IMG/VR virus record: IMGVR_UViG_3300037851_000215
Location: 1 to 64,000 of that record
DNA: 64,000 nucleotides
From: a virus
Reading direction: 5' to 3' (one strand)
Part shown: in pieces, positions 54,530 through 64,000 of the stretch
Layout: the number at the start of each line of letters is the position of its first letter
How positions within the stretch are numbered: position 1 is the stretch's first letter
Position numbers and translations under genes: made by a program
The notes under the pieces: model-generated
Databases searched by the model: none
What the model saw: only the letters and a program-made list of their open reading frames with translations
Told to the model about the DNA's origin: nothing

Positions 54530-56971
54530 TTATTTGTTTAAATATTCTGTTATTAAATAACGCTGTATATCTTGAATTGTAAAGTTCTCTACAAGTTTTG
54601 TTCTTTCATTAGTAGTAGGATTTATTTGATTTAATATAAAACCTTCCATACCATTTTTCATTATACCAGTACTCAATTCAAATAGACCTCTTTTATTAGG
54701 ATCGCTTTTAGAAATAGGAACTCCTCTTAATATTTGAGTAGGAAAATCAGCATATGTAAAATTGGGATTTACAGCTTCCATTACAGCTAAATCATTAAGA
54801 ATAGGATCAATATATGGACCATGTACTATTGTACTTAATGTATTATAAGCATATTCTTTAGCTACATCAGTAGATTCAGAAGCATTATTTAAAACAGTAT
54901 TAACTCTATCCATTAATATAGAGTTTCTATTATTTGGATTAGGTGTTATAATTTTACTAGCTAATTCAGGTGGAAGAGGATCTATATTATCATCATTAGG
55001 TACAAATCGAATAAGATCATAACCAGGTTGCGATTTATTAGCACCAATTTCCAATACAGGTGTATATCTAGATTTATCTATTCCTGCTTCATCATACCAA
55101 TCAGCAAGTGTCATTGGTTCACCTTGTGTATTAAGAGCACTAGGAATAATCCATTCACGTCCATTATTCATAATAACTTCAGCCCATGATTTCATCATAG
55201 GACTAGGTGCACCTTGTTTATCATGAAAAATTACAGTTTCAAATGATGCATTAATATCACCATCTTGAACTGCTTTAGTAAATGCATCTTCAAAGGTACG
55301 TTTTAAATTACCTTTACTTAATTTACTTGCTGCTCCAATTATTGCAGCACTTACTACTATATTTGGAATACTAAAGTTATTACTAGTTATTCCTAATCCT
55401 GGAATACGATTTGTAATAGATAATAATTTTTCGTTCTTATCCTGTCTTTCATTTAAAATATTACTTACTTCAGGTATAACATCGTCTCTAAGTCCAGTTA
55501 AATATTCTACTATTTCAGTTTCGTGATCTTTAAATATTTCTCTTTTAATAGGATCATCAACTAAAGAAATAAAGTCTTCCCATATAGCATCTCTTATATT
55601 AATACCATTAGGTGTCTTTAAAAACGACCTACGTAACATATTATCAACACCTTTGATATTATTTATTCTATTTTGAATATCTTTATACTTATCGCTATCT
55701 GGGCTATATGCTTTTAATTGTTTATTTAATTCAGCAATTTGAGCAGTATTAACTTTAGGATCATAATTTAATCCTGTAATTGGACTAGTACCTTCATGTA
55801 TGCCAAATATATTAGCATCTTCCTCTTTTTTATCTTGCTTGGCTTTATTATACCAATATGCTTTATCTTCAACCAATTGACTATCTTGTTCTCTATAACC
55901 AAATCCTCTAGCAAAATCAATTACTTTATCTGTTTCCAAATCAGTTAAAACTTTACTATACATTCTTTGTAAAGTTTCATTATCACTTAAACCTTGTTCT
56001 CTATATTGTTTATATAAAGGTGTATTTTTAAAATTAGGAGAAATTGCTTGTATAGCAACAGTAGTTAATAAACCATTAATACCAGGTAAATACATTTTAT
56101 TACTTACTGTATTCCATTCATCATCTACATGAATACCTATTTCTCTAAAATCAGCAGGAGTTATAGATTTACTTACAAAGTCACCATTTTCATCAGTTAA
56201 ATATTTTCCATTTTCATCTTTAAGAGTAAAGGCATCAAATGTATATGCATTATTGATATAATCATAATAATCTTTAACCATTGGTGTAGTTTCAATCCAA
56301 TCTGAAACTGCTTTAGCTATTTTTTCACCATCTACCCCTTTAGCAGTTTCACGTAATAAGTAACCTTCTAATCCAGGATAAGGTCTTAGTATTTCAGCAA
56401 CAGGTGTACCATTAATTGTACCAGCAGCTAAAGTATCTTTGTGTTGACTTAATTGATTTACTATTTTTAAAACTTGTTCAGTAGTATCAATTTTATCAAT
56501 AGGAGTAGGTGTATTCCATCTATTTAATACTTGACCTTCTGTATCTAACTCAACTGCTTTACTATTATATCTGTTATTATTAATATAAAATGCGTTTAAT
56601 GCTCTATCATCTATCTTACCTTCTTCATGTCTTTTTTGTAAATCAGTTTTAGTGGCTTGCAATTTAGCATAATCTTCCATAGAAGCTGATAATAACTTAT
56701 CACCAGTTAACCGTTCTTTAGCTTTATATAGTATATTACTAGCATAATGCCATTTACCATCAACGGTTTCTAATAAGTTTTCAACATCACTAGTAGCTCT
56801 TGCTAAAACAGAAAGATTTCTATCTTCTACTTTAGAATTAGCCATAGCCTGTCGAAGAATACTAGTTTCTTCTCTATTTTTATAGTATTTAGCCTCTAAT
56901 TCCTGACCTGTACGTTCATATACATCAATAGGACGAGGTTTATAAGTAGATTGAAATTGAGCAAATTTCAT
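54530..56971 (-). CDS. Virion ejection/cargo protein
   Basis: Likely start MKFAQF (56971); helical N-terminus; sits between cargo genes. Confidence 0.6.
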   Translation of the reverse strand: MKFAQFQSTYKPRPIDVYERTGQELEAKYYKNREETSILRQAMANSKVEDRNLSVLARATSDVENLLETVDGKWHYASNILYKAKERLTGDKLLSASMEDYAKLQATKTDLQKRHEEGKIDDRALNAFYINNNRYNSKAVELDTEGQVLNRWNTPTPIDKIDTTEQVLKIVNQLSQHKDTLAAGTINGTPVAEILRPYPGLEGYLLRETAKGVDGEKIAKAVSDWIETTPMVKDYYDYINNAYTFDAFTLKDENGKYLTDENGDFVSKSITPADFREIGIHVDDEWNTVSNKMYLPGINGLLTTVAIQAISPNFKNTPLYKQYREQGLSDNETLQRMYSKVLTDLETDKVIDFARGFGYREQDSQLVEDKAYWYNKAKQDKKEEDANIFGIHEGTSPITGLNYDPKVNTAQIAELNKQLKAYSPDSDKYKDIQNRINNIKGVDNMLRRSFLKTPNGINIRDAIWEDFISLVDDPIKREIFKDHETEIVEYLTGLRDDVIPEVSNILNERQDKNEKLLSITNRIPGLGITSNNFSIPNIVVSAAIIGAASKLSKGNLKRTFEDAFTKAVQDGDINASFETVIFHDKQGAPSPMMKSWAEVIMNNGREWIIPSALNTQGEPMTLADWYDEAGIDKSRYTPVLEIGANKSQPGYDLIRFVPNDDNIDPLPPELASKIITPNPNNRNSILMDRVNTVLNNASESTDVAKEYAYNTLSTIVHGPYIDPILNDLAVMEAVNPNFTYADFPTQILRGVPISKSDPNKRGLFELSTGIMKNGMEGFILNQINPTTNERTKLVENFTIQDIQRYLITEYLNK

Positions 56972-56972
56972 A

Positions 56973-58751
56973 TTAATAAGTATATTTAATTGATTTACGT
57001 ATCCTACCACCTCTAGCTCTTACAAAGTCAGTTCCAATACTATCTTTCCATCTAGCTTTTAAACTATCCATCATATCTCTATCTCTAAGAATAGTATTAA
57101 ATTCACTAACTGCTCCTTGTACATTTCCTAATCTAGTACTTTCTAAATCACCAAATTGTTCATTAGCTGCTATTTTAGCATTTAATTTCATTAATTCGGT
57201 TTGATTTAGTGTATTAAGATTATTCATATTATTTTGCATAATACCCATTGTATTCTGATTACGCAATCCTATTCCAATTCTATTTTTTTCACCATAGATT
57301 TGATTAAGATTACCTATTCTAGACATATTAGCACTATTTCTTAATGCACTAGCAATAGCAGGATCAATACCACTTAATCCAGAAATAGCACTTGCATATC
57401 CTTGATTAACAGCACTTACATTATCAGATACATCTACATTTTCATTAAGTAAATAATTCTTACTTAATCTAGGAGTATATGATAAAGTTTGATTTAGACT
57501 ATCAGTAATTAGATTTTTCTGCCTACCTAATATCTTATTAGACATAAGTAGATTACCAATAGTACCAGCAGCACCAAATATAGTATTAACATCTAAATTA
57601 CGAATATTAGGTAAATTAAATGACTTACTTCTAGTTGTACTAGCACCAGTATATGGATTATTAGTTTTCTGTAAACCAGGAGTTTTAAACAACTGTAAAC
57701 CAGATGTATCAACTTTCATTGGACCAAGATTTATACCATTATATGCCATTGGTGCCATTTTATTATTTAATCCTATTAATTTAGCTTGTTTAGCTTCAAT
57801 TATGGATTTATTCATTCTATTTTTCATACGATCTAATTTAATAAATTGATCAGCAAAACTATTACCATTAACACCAATTCGTTTACTTAATACAAAAGGA
57901 GTATAAGGCATATCCCTATCAGTAACAAGAACTTCACCTGGTTCAGCATATGCTAATACTCTACCTTTCTTTTTTATAGGGAGATTTTGACCAGATTCAT
58001 GTGTACCAGTAGTAGTACCAGATGAGTTAGTAAGTATTTTATTTCCATTACCTAATCCAATTCCTTTAGCAGCAATTTGACCACCATTAGCTTTAAGTTT
58101 TTTCATTGCAAAATAGTGTTTACTACTAGGCTTATAATGTGGATTATTAACATGTTCTTCCATAGCCCAATATTTCAATCCACCAGGATTAGCTGTTCTA
58201 CCGTGAGTAACATCTATTCCTTTATTCTTATCTATATAATTTAGTGTTTCTTCTGGTGTCATTGTATTCCAAAGTGTTTGAGTAACTTTAGTACTATCTA
58301 TAACACCACGTTTCACCAATTCTGGATAAATACTTAATCTAGTATGAGGTCTCCATACATTATTTCTAACTATTGTAACTGCTTTTGGTGGTTTAATTGT
58401 AGGCTCTTGTACAGCACCACCACTTTTCATAAATAAACTATTCATATTATTTAATTGAAAATCAGATAAATAATTCAAATCATTTAAATAAGTTTGTTTA
58501 GTATTGAGTTTATTTAATCTATTTCTAGAATTAATCATTTCAGAACGCAATAAAGCATTTCGTCTATTCTGTTCACGAAGTTGTTTATTTTCTGATCTAT
58601 TACCAGTTAATGCACCAAGTAATGCACCAGCACCACTTGCAATACCTGCTCCAAGTGGACCAAACATAGAACCAATACTACTTCCTATTTGAAAACCACT
58701 ACTGGCGCCTGTTAATGCACCACCCCAATCTTTTCTATTATATTTTTTCAT
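56973..58751 (-). CDS. Virion cargo protein with a glycine-zipper N-terminus and repeated xxGG motifs
   Basis: GASSGFQIGS..GPLGAGIASGAGALLG; THESG..AEPGEV; N/Q-rich helical C-terminus; follows the muzzle gene. Confidence 0.65.
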   Translation of the reverse strand: MKKYNRKDWGGALTGASSGFQIGSSIGSMFGPLGAGIASGAGALLGALTGNRSENKQLREQNRRNALLRSEMINSRNRLNKLNTKQTYLNDLNYLSDFQLNNMNSLFMKSGGAVQEPTIKPPKAVTIVRNNVWRPHTRLSIYPELVKRGVIDSTKVTQTLWNTMTPEETLNYIDKNKGIDVTHGRTANPGGLKYWAMEEHVNNPHYKPSSKHYFAMKKLKANGGQIAAKGIGLGNGNKILTNSSGTTTGTHESGQNLPIKKKGRVLAYAEPGEVLVTDRDMPYTPFVLSKRIGVNGNSFADQFIKLDRMKNRMNKSIIEAKQAKLIGLNNKMAPMAYNGINLGPMKVDTSGLQLFKTPGLQKTNNPYTGASTTRSKSFNLPNIRNLDVNTIFGAAGTIGNLLMSNKILGRQKNLITDSLNQTLSYTPRLSKNYLLNENVDVSDNVSAVNQGYASAISGLSGIDPAIASALRNSANMSRIGNLNQIYGEKNRIGIGLRNQNTMGIMQNNMNNLNTLNQTELMKLNAKIAANEQFGDLESTRLGNVQGAVSEFNTILRDRDMMDSLKARWKDSIGTDFVRARGGRIRKSIKYTY

Positions 58752-61700
58752 AATACATTTGTTACATCAATGTCAACATTAGATATACGTAATTGATAAT
58801 TATTACTATCATTTAAATATTTCATTCTAGCAATAACAAATTTAGTAATAAATTGTGATTTATCATACCAGTTTTTAGATAAATTAAGTGAAGCAGTTAC
58901 TAAATCAAAATTATTATCTAAAACTGATAAATTAGGAGAAGTTAAATAATCTTTAATATCATTAAATATCCATTCACCATCTTGATATAATGTATTGCCT
59001 ATTTCCTGTAATACATATGGAGCTGTACTACCATATGTATATTCTTTTTTAACTACTGTTATTTCTTCACTACATAAATTTTTAGAATAAAATAATAAAC
59101 TATGAATTGTACTATTCCAATAATTAATGCCAGATTTATATAAATTAGAAGTCCATTTAAAAGACTTTAATAAAAATCTTCTATTTTTATTATCATTAAA
59201 TATCCAATCTATAATAGAATAATTATAAACAGAATTATAATAACCATAGTTACCAGTAAACATTTTTCTAAAAATAGTATTACCACCCGTTTCTATAGCA
59301 TACATCATTCCATTACTATTCCATATATATTTATCAGGAGTATAAGAATGAAATGCAATCCAAAGTCCAGTTTCAAATTGAAAACTTAAAGTTAAATTTA
59401 AAATAATACTAGTATTACTATTTTTAATAGTAACTAATAATCTTTTATATAAATCATCATATCCTAATATAACACCACTACCTATTGTTTCTTTAGTGTC
59501 GAAAGCCATAGTAGTTTTTACAGTAGTTCTAAACCAATCTTCAATACCTAATTTACTTATTTCATTTAATTTATCAGAAATTTGATAAACACTACCTCTA
59601 TTCAAATCAACTACTATAAGTCCATATGGTGTAAGAATAGTACCTTCTCTATTCCATGGTTTAATATAATTACCATCAGCATCGTGTAATTCTTCTAATG
59701 GTCTATCAAACATATCAGTAGATTTAAGAGCAATATCAATATCAGTTGCTCTTAATTTGTCCATTACTATTCCTCTATAAATACTAAATTCAGTTTGAAT
59801 ATATGTAATATAATCATTACCAAGTGCTTTATATATAGCACCTTTATTTGTAGGAATATCGAAGTAATCTAATATCTTATATTTATGCCAATATTTAGAA
59901 CTACTTTCTAATGGTTGTGGTATAGAACTTTGAATACGATTAGGATAATAAGTATTTATATTAGTTAAATCATCATCTATACTATCTTGTCTTAATGTAT
60001 TTAATAAATGATATAAATTGCTATAAATATAATAATTAGCAATACCTGCATCTTGCATTGCTTGAATATATGTTTGTACATTTTCATTATTAAATACAGT
60101 AATATCAGTTAAAGGAAAAAACTTTTCATATTCGTTTTCACCTTCATATCTCATACCAGTATTAAGAATACTTTCAACAGGAAAATACCAAACAGAAGGA
60201 ACTATATCTTCATCATCATTAAGCACAAATCTTAATACAGAATTATGACCAACATAGTTATCCCCCCCATATAAAGAAAATGCACTAGTAGCACCGAGAC
60301 TTTTAATAACACCTGTACTAACTAATTCTTGATTACTAAAATTGAGATAAACATCATTCTTAATATTTATAAAATTAACTAAACGTTTATCAAAGCTACC
60401 ACTTTCTGTTTCAAAATAATAACAATTTTCTTTATTTTCGTTACTAGGTACTGTTGCAGTACTATAAGCAGGTAAATATTTTATAAGATTAACTTCACTA
60501 TATACAGCTGTTTGTAATGTATAATTAGTTATTTCTTTAATATAAGCACCATCTGTATAATCAGTTGATTGTAAATTTAATTCAGCTTTAATATGTGATG
60601 GTATTATATTAAGATTATTAGCCATACTATCAAATCCATGAAATCTATATCCTATACCATCTTCAAATGCTAAACTTTGATCTAACATAAGTTGATCGTT
60701 AAGAGTACGTTTAGCATATAATATTTCCCAACCATCTACAACAGCAGATAAAGAATTTCTTATAGCAATCGGTATATTATTCCAATCTAATGCAATACGA
60801 AGTCCTAATATTTCTTGATTAGAGGTAGCTTCGTATTCAGATATAGTACATCCATTACCTTGTTCAATAGATACAACAAATCCACCATCGCTAGCTGCAC
60901 TTAAACAAGATACTTCTATTGTAATATAATCTCCTGTATTTAATTCAATATCTTCATTACAAGATAAAGTTATTAATTCAGGTGTGGTAGTTGCTACTTG
61001 TGATAGATTTACTATAGTAGACTCAGTATAAGTGCTATCACTATTCTTTTTATATTTTTTAATTAATAAATATGCGCTACCTTTAGTACCACTATATTCT
61101 ATTACTTGATAATCTATATCAAAATTAAGATTTATAGTAGTATTATATTTAGCAGTATATGTATTTACTAAAGATATACCTGGACCAGCTATTGTATAAT
61201 CTCCTAGAGAACCAACTTTATTATTAGTTAATGCTCCATAATAACCATTTGTACTATAATTAAATTCATCTGGTGTTAATGATATAGTATTAACTAATGA
61301 TGCATCATTTACTGTATGTACTACACCACCTTTCCATCCATGTAATTGACCAGCACTTGGAAATCTATGATGACGTACTTTATTATTACCTAAATTATCA
61401 CCATATTTATTACCATATGTTTCATTTTCATTTTCCCAAAATCCCATTTTACCATAATAATTACCTTGTTTACTAGCACTACTAGTAAGTTTGTAATTAT
61501 CTATAGCATCACCATCTACAGTAGTTTGTGCACTATTTTCAGTTCCAAGTGCTTCTCTACCAGGAATATGATAAATTCCATAATATCCACCAGTTTTAAG
61601 TCTAAGACCTAAATATAAAGCATATACTTCATCACTTCTAAATCCACGTTTATTAAAAATAAAAACACTATCTTTATAACTATTTTTTGTAGTAGATAAA

Positions 61701-62971
61701 GATGCTACTGTATCATTTACCCAGTTAACAGTTAATATATCAGTTTTACATGTACCATCTGTTGCACTATCTAAACCTGTTGTTGTAGTATATGTAAATA
61801 CACTAGGACCACTAACAGTAACAACAAAGTGTCCATTATATGCAGCTACACTCCAACCATTCATTGTAACTATATCATTGTTAGTTAAATTATGTGCTGC
61901 ACTAGTAGTTACAGTTACAGTTGTACCATTTCTAGATGCACTTGAAACAGATATAGTTCTAGGAGTTAATATATTATCATATATATCATCTAAACTAAGT
62001 TTAGTAGGTTTAGTTAAATTATATAATCGAAGTCTTTTATTAGACTGTGTAATACTCTTTACTAATGAATATGCTGGTGAAGAAATAACTACTTCATTTA
62101 AATTAAATAAAGTCAAATTATCTAAATCATCTATAATTACATTTACACCAGTACTTGCAATTCTATATCGTTTAGTAATAAAACATTGAATTGATTGTTC
62201 AGTTTTTTGAATTACGGCAATTTTGAAATAAGAATAGTCAGTGTCTAAATTACTTACATTAGCAATTATTGCTTTACTTGTTTGAACAAGACTAGCATTA
62301 CCTTTAAATTGTTTATAAGATGTTAAAGTATCATCTAACGTAATAAAAATTGGATTAGAAATAACACCAAAATTAGTATTAACTTCTGGTTCTAATTCAT
62401 AAGTTAAAGCCAGAAAATATGCAGCAGCAGGAAGATTACCACCATTAATTACACCACCAGTAATTGTTCCTTCTGCTAAATTAAAATTATTATGTTCAAA
62501 TTCAGGAAATAAATATAATTGTTTTAAATCTGCATCAGATGATATAGTTATAGCAGCACTTGTATTCATTATCATTGGTTTGTGAAAACCAGTAGTCCAA
62601 GCTATAATTAATTCACCATCAGAATTATAATAATATACCCCTTCTATATAAATTCCTACATACACAGAAGGATTAATATTAAAAAAAGTAGTACCACCAC
62701 TAATTAAATCAACAACTGTAGCAGTGGCACTTACTTTTTTAATATATGTTTTAGTATTTGAAGTATTCCATAGAAATAAGATAACTTCATTAGGAGTTAC
62801 AATTCTTCCAATAAATTTATGATTAGTTAAAGTAGCAATGTACTCACTATCACCAGGTTCATTTTCAATTTCATCAAAACCTCGACTTAATAGTACATTT
62901 TTAGCATATGCCCATGTACCAGCAGCACTATCACTAAACTTACTATCTAATCGTAAACCTTTTAATTGCAT
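58748..62971 (-). CDS. Tail muzzle / phage stabilisation protein (crAss-type)
   Basis: N-terminal GL..D......W.YAKN; GG.L....YF; F...EVYA......L..G......HIPGR; VRHHRFP; GGDNY; IS..G...WF; GYD..YKR; W..FHSY.P. Confidence 0.8.
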   Translation of the reverse strand: MQLKGLRLDSKFSDSAAGTWAYAKNVLLSRGFDEIENEPGDSEYIATLTNHKFIGRIVTPNEVILFLWNTSNTKTYIKKVSATATVVDLISGGTTFFNINPSVYVGIYIEGVYYYNSDGELIIAWTTGFHKPMIMNTSAAITISSDADLKQLYLFPEFEHNNFNLAEGTITGGVINGGNLPAAAYFLALTYELEPEVNTNFGVISNPIFITLDDTLTSYKQFKGNASLVQTSKAIIANVSNLDTDYSYFKIAVIQKTEQSIQCFITKRYRIASTGVNVIIDDLDNLTLFNLNEVVISSPAYSLVKSITQSNKRLRLYNLTKPTKLSLDDIYDNILTPRTISVSSASRNGTTVTVTTSAAHNLTNNDIVTMNGWSVAAYNGHFVVTVSGPSVFTYTTTTGLDSATDGTCKTDILTVNWVNDTVASLSTTKNSYKDSVFIFNKRGFRSDEVYALYLGLRLKTGGYYGIYHIPGREALGTENSAQTTVDGDAIDNYKLTSSASKQGNYYGKMGFWENENETYGNKYGDNLGNNKVRHHRFPSAGQLHGWKGGVVHTVNDASLVNTISLTPDEFNYSTNGYYGALTNNKVGSLGDYTIAGPGISLVNTYTAKYNTTINLNFDIDYQVIEYSGTKGSAYLLIKKYKKNSDSTYTESTIVNLSQVATTTPELITLSCNEDIELNTGDYITIEVSCLSAASDGGFVVSIEQGNGCTISEYEATSNQEILGLRIALDWNNIPIAIRNSLSAVVDGWEILYAKRTLNDQLMLDQSLAFEDGIGYRFHGFDSMANNLNIIPSHIKAELNLQSTDYTDGAYIKEITNYTLQTAVYSEVNLIKYLPAYSTATVPSNENKENCYYFETESGSFDKRLVNFINIKNDVYLNFSNQELVSTGVIKSLGATSAFSLYGGDNYVGHNSVLRFVLNDDEDIVPSVWYFPVESILNTGMRYEGENEYEKFFPLTDITVFNNENVQTYIQAMQDAGIANYYIYSNLYHLLNTLRQDSIDDDLTNINTYYPNRIQSSIPQPLESSSKYWHKYKILDYFDIPTNKGAIYKALGNDYITYIQTEFSIYRGIVMDKLRATDIDIALKSTDMFDRPLEELHDADGNYIKPWNREGTILTPYGLIVVDLNRGSVYQISDKLNEISKLGIEDWFRTTVKTTMAFDTKETIGSGVILGYDDLYKRLLVTIKNSNTSIILNLTLSFQFETGLWIAFHSYTPDKYIWNSNGMMYAIETGGNTIFRKMFTGNYGYYNSVYNYSIIDWIFNDNKNRRFLLKSFKWTSNLYKSGINYWNSTIHSLLFYSKNLCSEEITVVKKEYTYGSTAPYVLQEIGNTLYQDGEWIFNDIKDYLTSPNLSVLDNNFDLVTASLNLSKNWYDKSQFITKFVIARMKYLNDSNNYQLRISNVDIDVTNVL

Positions 62972-62972
62972 T

Positions 62973-63452
62973 TTATTTACTTTTTTCTACAATTGGAAGA
63001 ATACCTTTCATTTGAGCAGGAGTAATTGAAAATGGAATATACTTTTTAGGAATGGGCTCAAATTTAAATTCACTATCTTTTTCTAGAAATTTAGTAAAAT
63101 CAGATGTTAATGTTTCATGCTCAATAATAACATCTTTATACTTTTCTTTTAGTAAATTAATTTCCTCATCAAATTTAACTGGATTAGAAATAGCAACTCC
63201 TGTCTTAGTGGTTAAATATGTACCATTTTCATTTTTTATTGCATATTCATGTAATATTTTATCAGATGCAATTAAATATGCTTTATAATCATCTGTAGCT
63301 TTAGGACGTAATTTTTCAATATCTCTAATCATTTTTTCTACATCTTCTTGTATAATAGCAAGACGATATGAAAATTCAATAGTATTGTTATTAGATAAAT
63401 TAGCACATGCTACAATACCTCTATTTAAAGAGTATAATTCATTTCTTGTCAT
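62973..63452 (-). CDS. Hypothetical helical protein of the tail region
   Basis: ORF; FSYRLA, YA.K.ENG motifs. Confidence 0.6.
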   Translation of the reverse strand: MTRNELYSLNRGIVACANLSNNNTIEFSYRLAIIQEDVEKMIRDIEKLRPKATDDYKAYLIASDKILHEYAIKNENGTYLTTKTGVAISNPVKFDEEINLLKEKYKDVIIEHETLTSDFTKFLEKDSEFKFEPIPKKYIPFSITPAQMKGILPIVEKSK

Positions 63453-63613
63453 TACGATAATAATATAGTTAATACTATTATACCTACAATAAATCCAATT
63501 GTAATAAGAACCATTTTAGTTCTATTATTTTTAATTGGATTAGTACCACTACCTGTACCATTATCATCTATTGGAGCAGGTGAATCTGTTGAATTGTCTG
63601 TGCGTTTTGCCAT
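63452..63613 (-). CDS. 53-aa protein with a C-terminal TM helix, not in the ORF track
   Basis: MAKRTDNSTDSP...MVLITIGFIVGIIVLTILLS; TAATG overlap with the next gene. Confidence 0.6.
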   Translation of the reverse strand: MAKRTDNSTDSPAPIDDNGTGSGTNPIKNNRTKMVLITIGFIVGIIVLTILLS

Positions 63614-63640
63614 GATTAATAATTTAAGTTAATATTAAAA

Positions 63641-64000
63641 TTAAGGTGGTGTTATTGCATCAAGTGTAACTATTACTGTATCTGTACTATATATACCATA
63701 AGAACAAGTAACATTAACTTGACAGAATACATTATCTGATATTGTAACATTACCACTACCAGCTGCATTTGAATTATGAGTTATACTATATGGTATAGAT
63801 GTACCTGATAAACAATCAATTGTTAAATATAATCTAATTGTTGTATTTCCTTCTAATTCAACATCACCGGTGTATTCATATGCTTCAAAGTTGCTATTAG
63901 CTTCAGAAAGAACAACTTGTACTGCAATAGGAGCTGGTTTAGCTCCCTGCACAACTTCAATTTCAAATTCATTATGATCTGTATCATGAAATACAAAAGA
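63641..64000 (-). CDS. 3' end of a tail-associated Ig/BACON-like protein (start lies beyond the window)
   Basis: Frame stays open to base 64000; EIEVVQGA resembles a BACON domain end; beta-rich. Confidence 0.5.
   Translation of the reverse strand, partial: SFVFHDTDHNEFEIEVVQGAKPAPIAVQVVLSEANSNFEAYEYTGDVELEGNTTIRLYLTIDCLSGTSIPYSITHNSNAAGSGNVTISDNVFCQVNVTCSYGIYSTDTVIVTLDAITPP

Noticed and set aside
29257-64000. Stop-codon reassignment (TAG/TGA), common in some crAss-like phages
   Set aside because: Genes up to 4410 codons are uninterrupted in the standard code, and the only tRNA reads UUA (Leu), so it is not a suppressor

Overview
This is a 64 kb internal segment of a very AT-rich crAss-like (Crassvirales-type) phage genome, most likely infecting a Bacteroidota host. 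It has TTTG-N19/20-TAnnTTTG/A promoters, AT-rich leaders without Shine-Dalgarno sequences, and the standard genetic code. Two gene blocks converge on a bidirectional terminator at about 29.2 kb. The + strand (1-29.2 kb) starts with small early/accessory genes, including an RNA polymerase alpha-CTD homolog, a ribosomal protein S3-type KH-domain protein and tRNA-Leu(UAA). A replication and nucleotide-metabolism module follows: SF1 helicase, family-4 UDG-like protein, PolB, HNH, SF2 helicase, RecT-like protein, SSB candidates, primase, HD protein, dNMP kinase, ThyX, ligase, Nudix, Gp157, DUF932, dUTPase and a degenerate GIY-YIG protein. The - strand (29.3-64 kb) holds the virion genes: a 4410-aa virion RNA polymerase polyprotein (DFDMD), a 1988-aa zincin-bearing ejection protein, other cargo proteins and the muzzle/tail-stabilisation protein. 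Five things stand out. (1) A ~20-bp motif, CCCC-W(7-9)-GAAA(NTGC), occurs about 14 times in both orientations regardless of reading frame. (2) The vRNAP polyprotein is divided by repeated KFSS[FY] motifs and carries ASCH-like, NADAR-like and unknown domains. (3) A 6-kb cassette of fibre-like genes plus a glycosyltransferase splits the ejection-protein locus. (4) Early genes encode fragments of the host transcription and translation machinery. (5) Two intergenic structured-RNA candidates are present, one a perfect four-way junction. All functional calls come from recognising motifs by eye; no searches were run.
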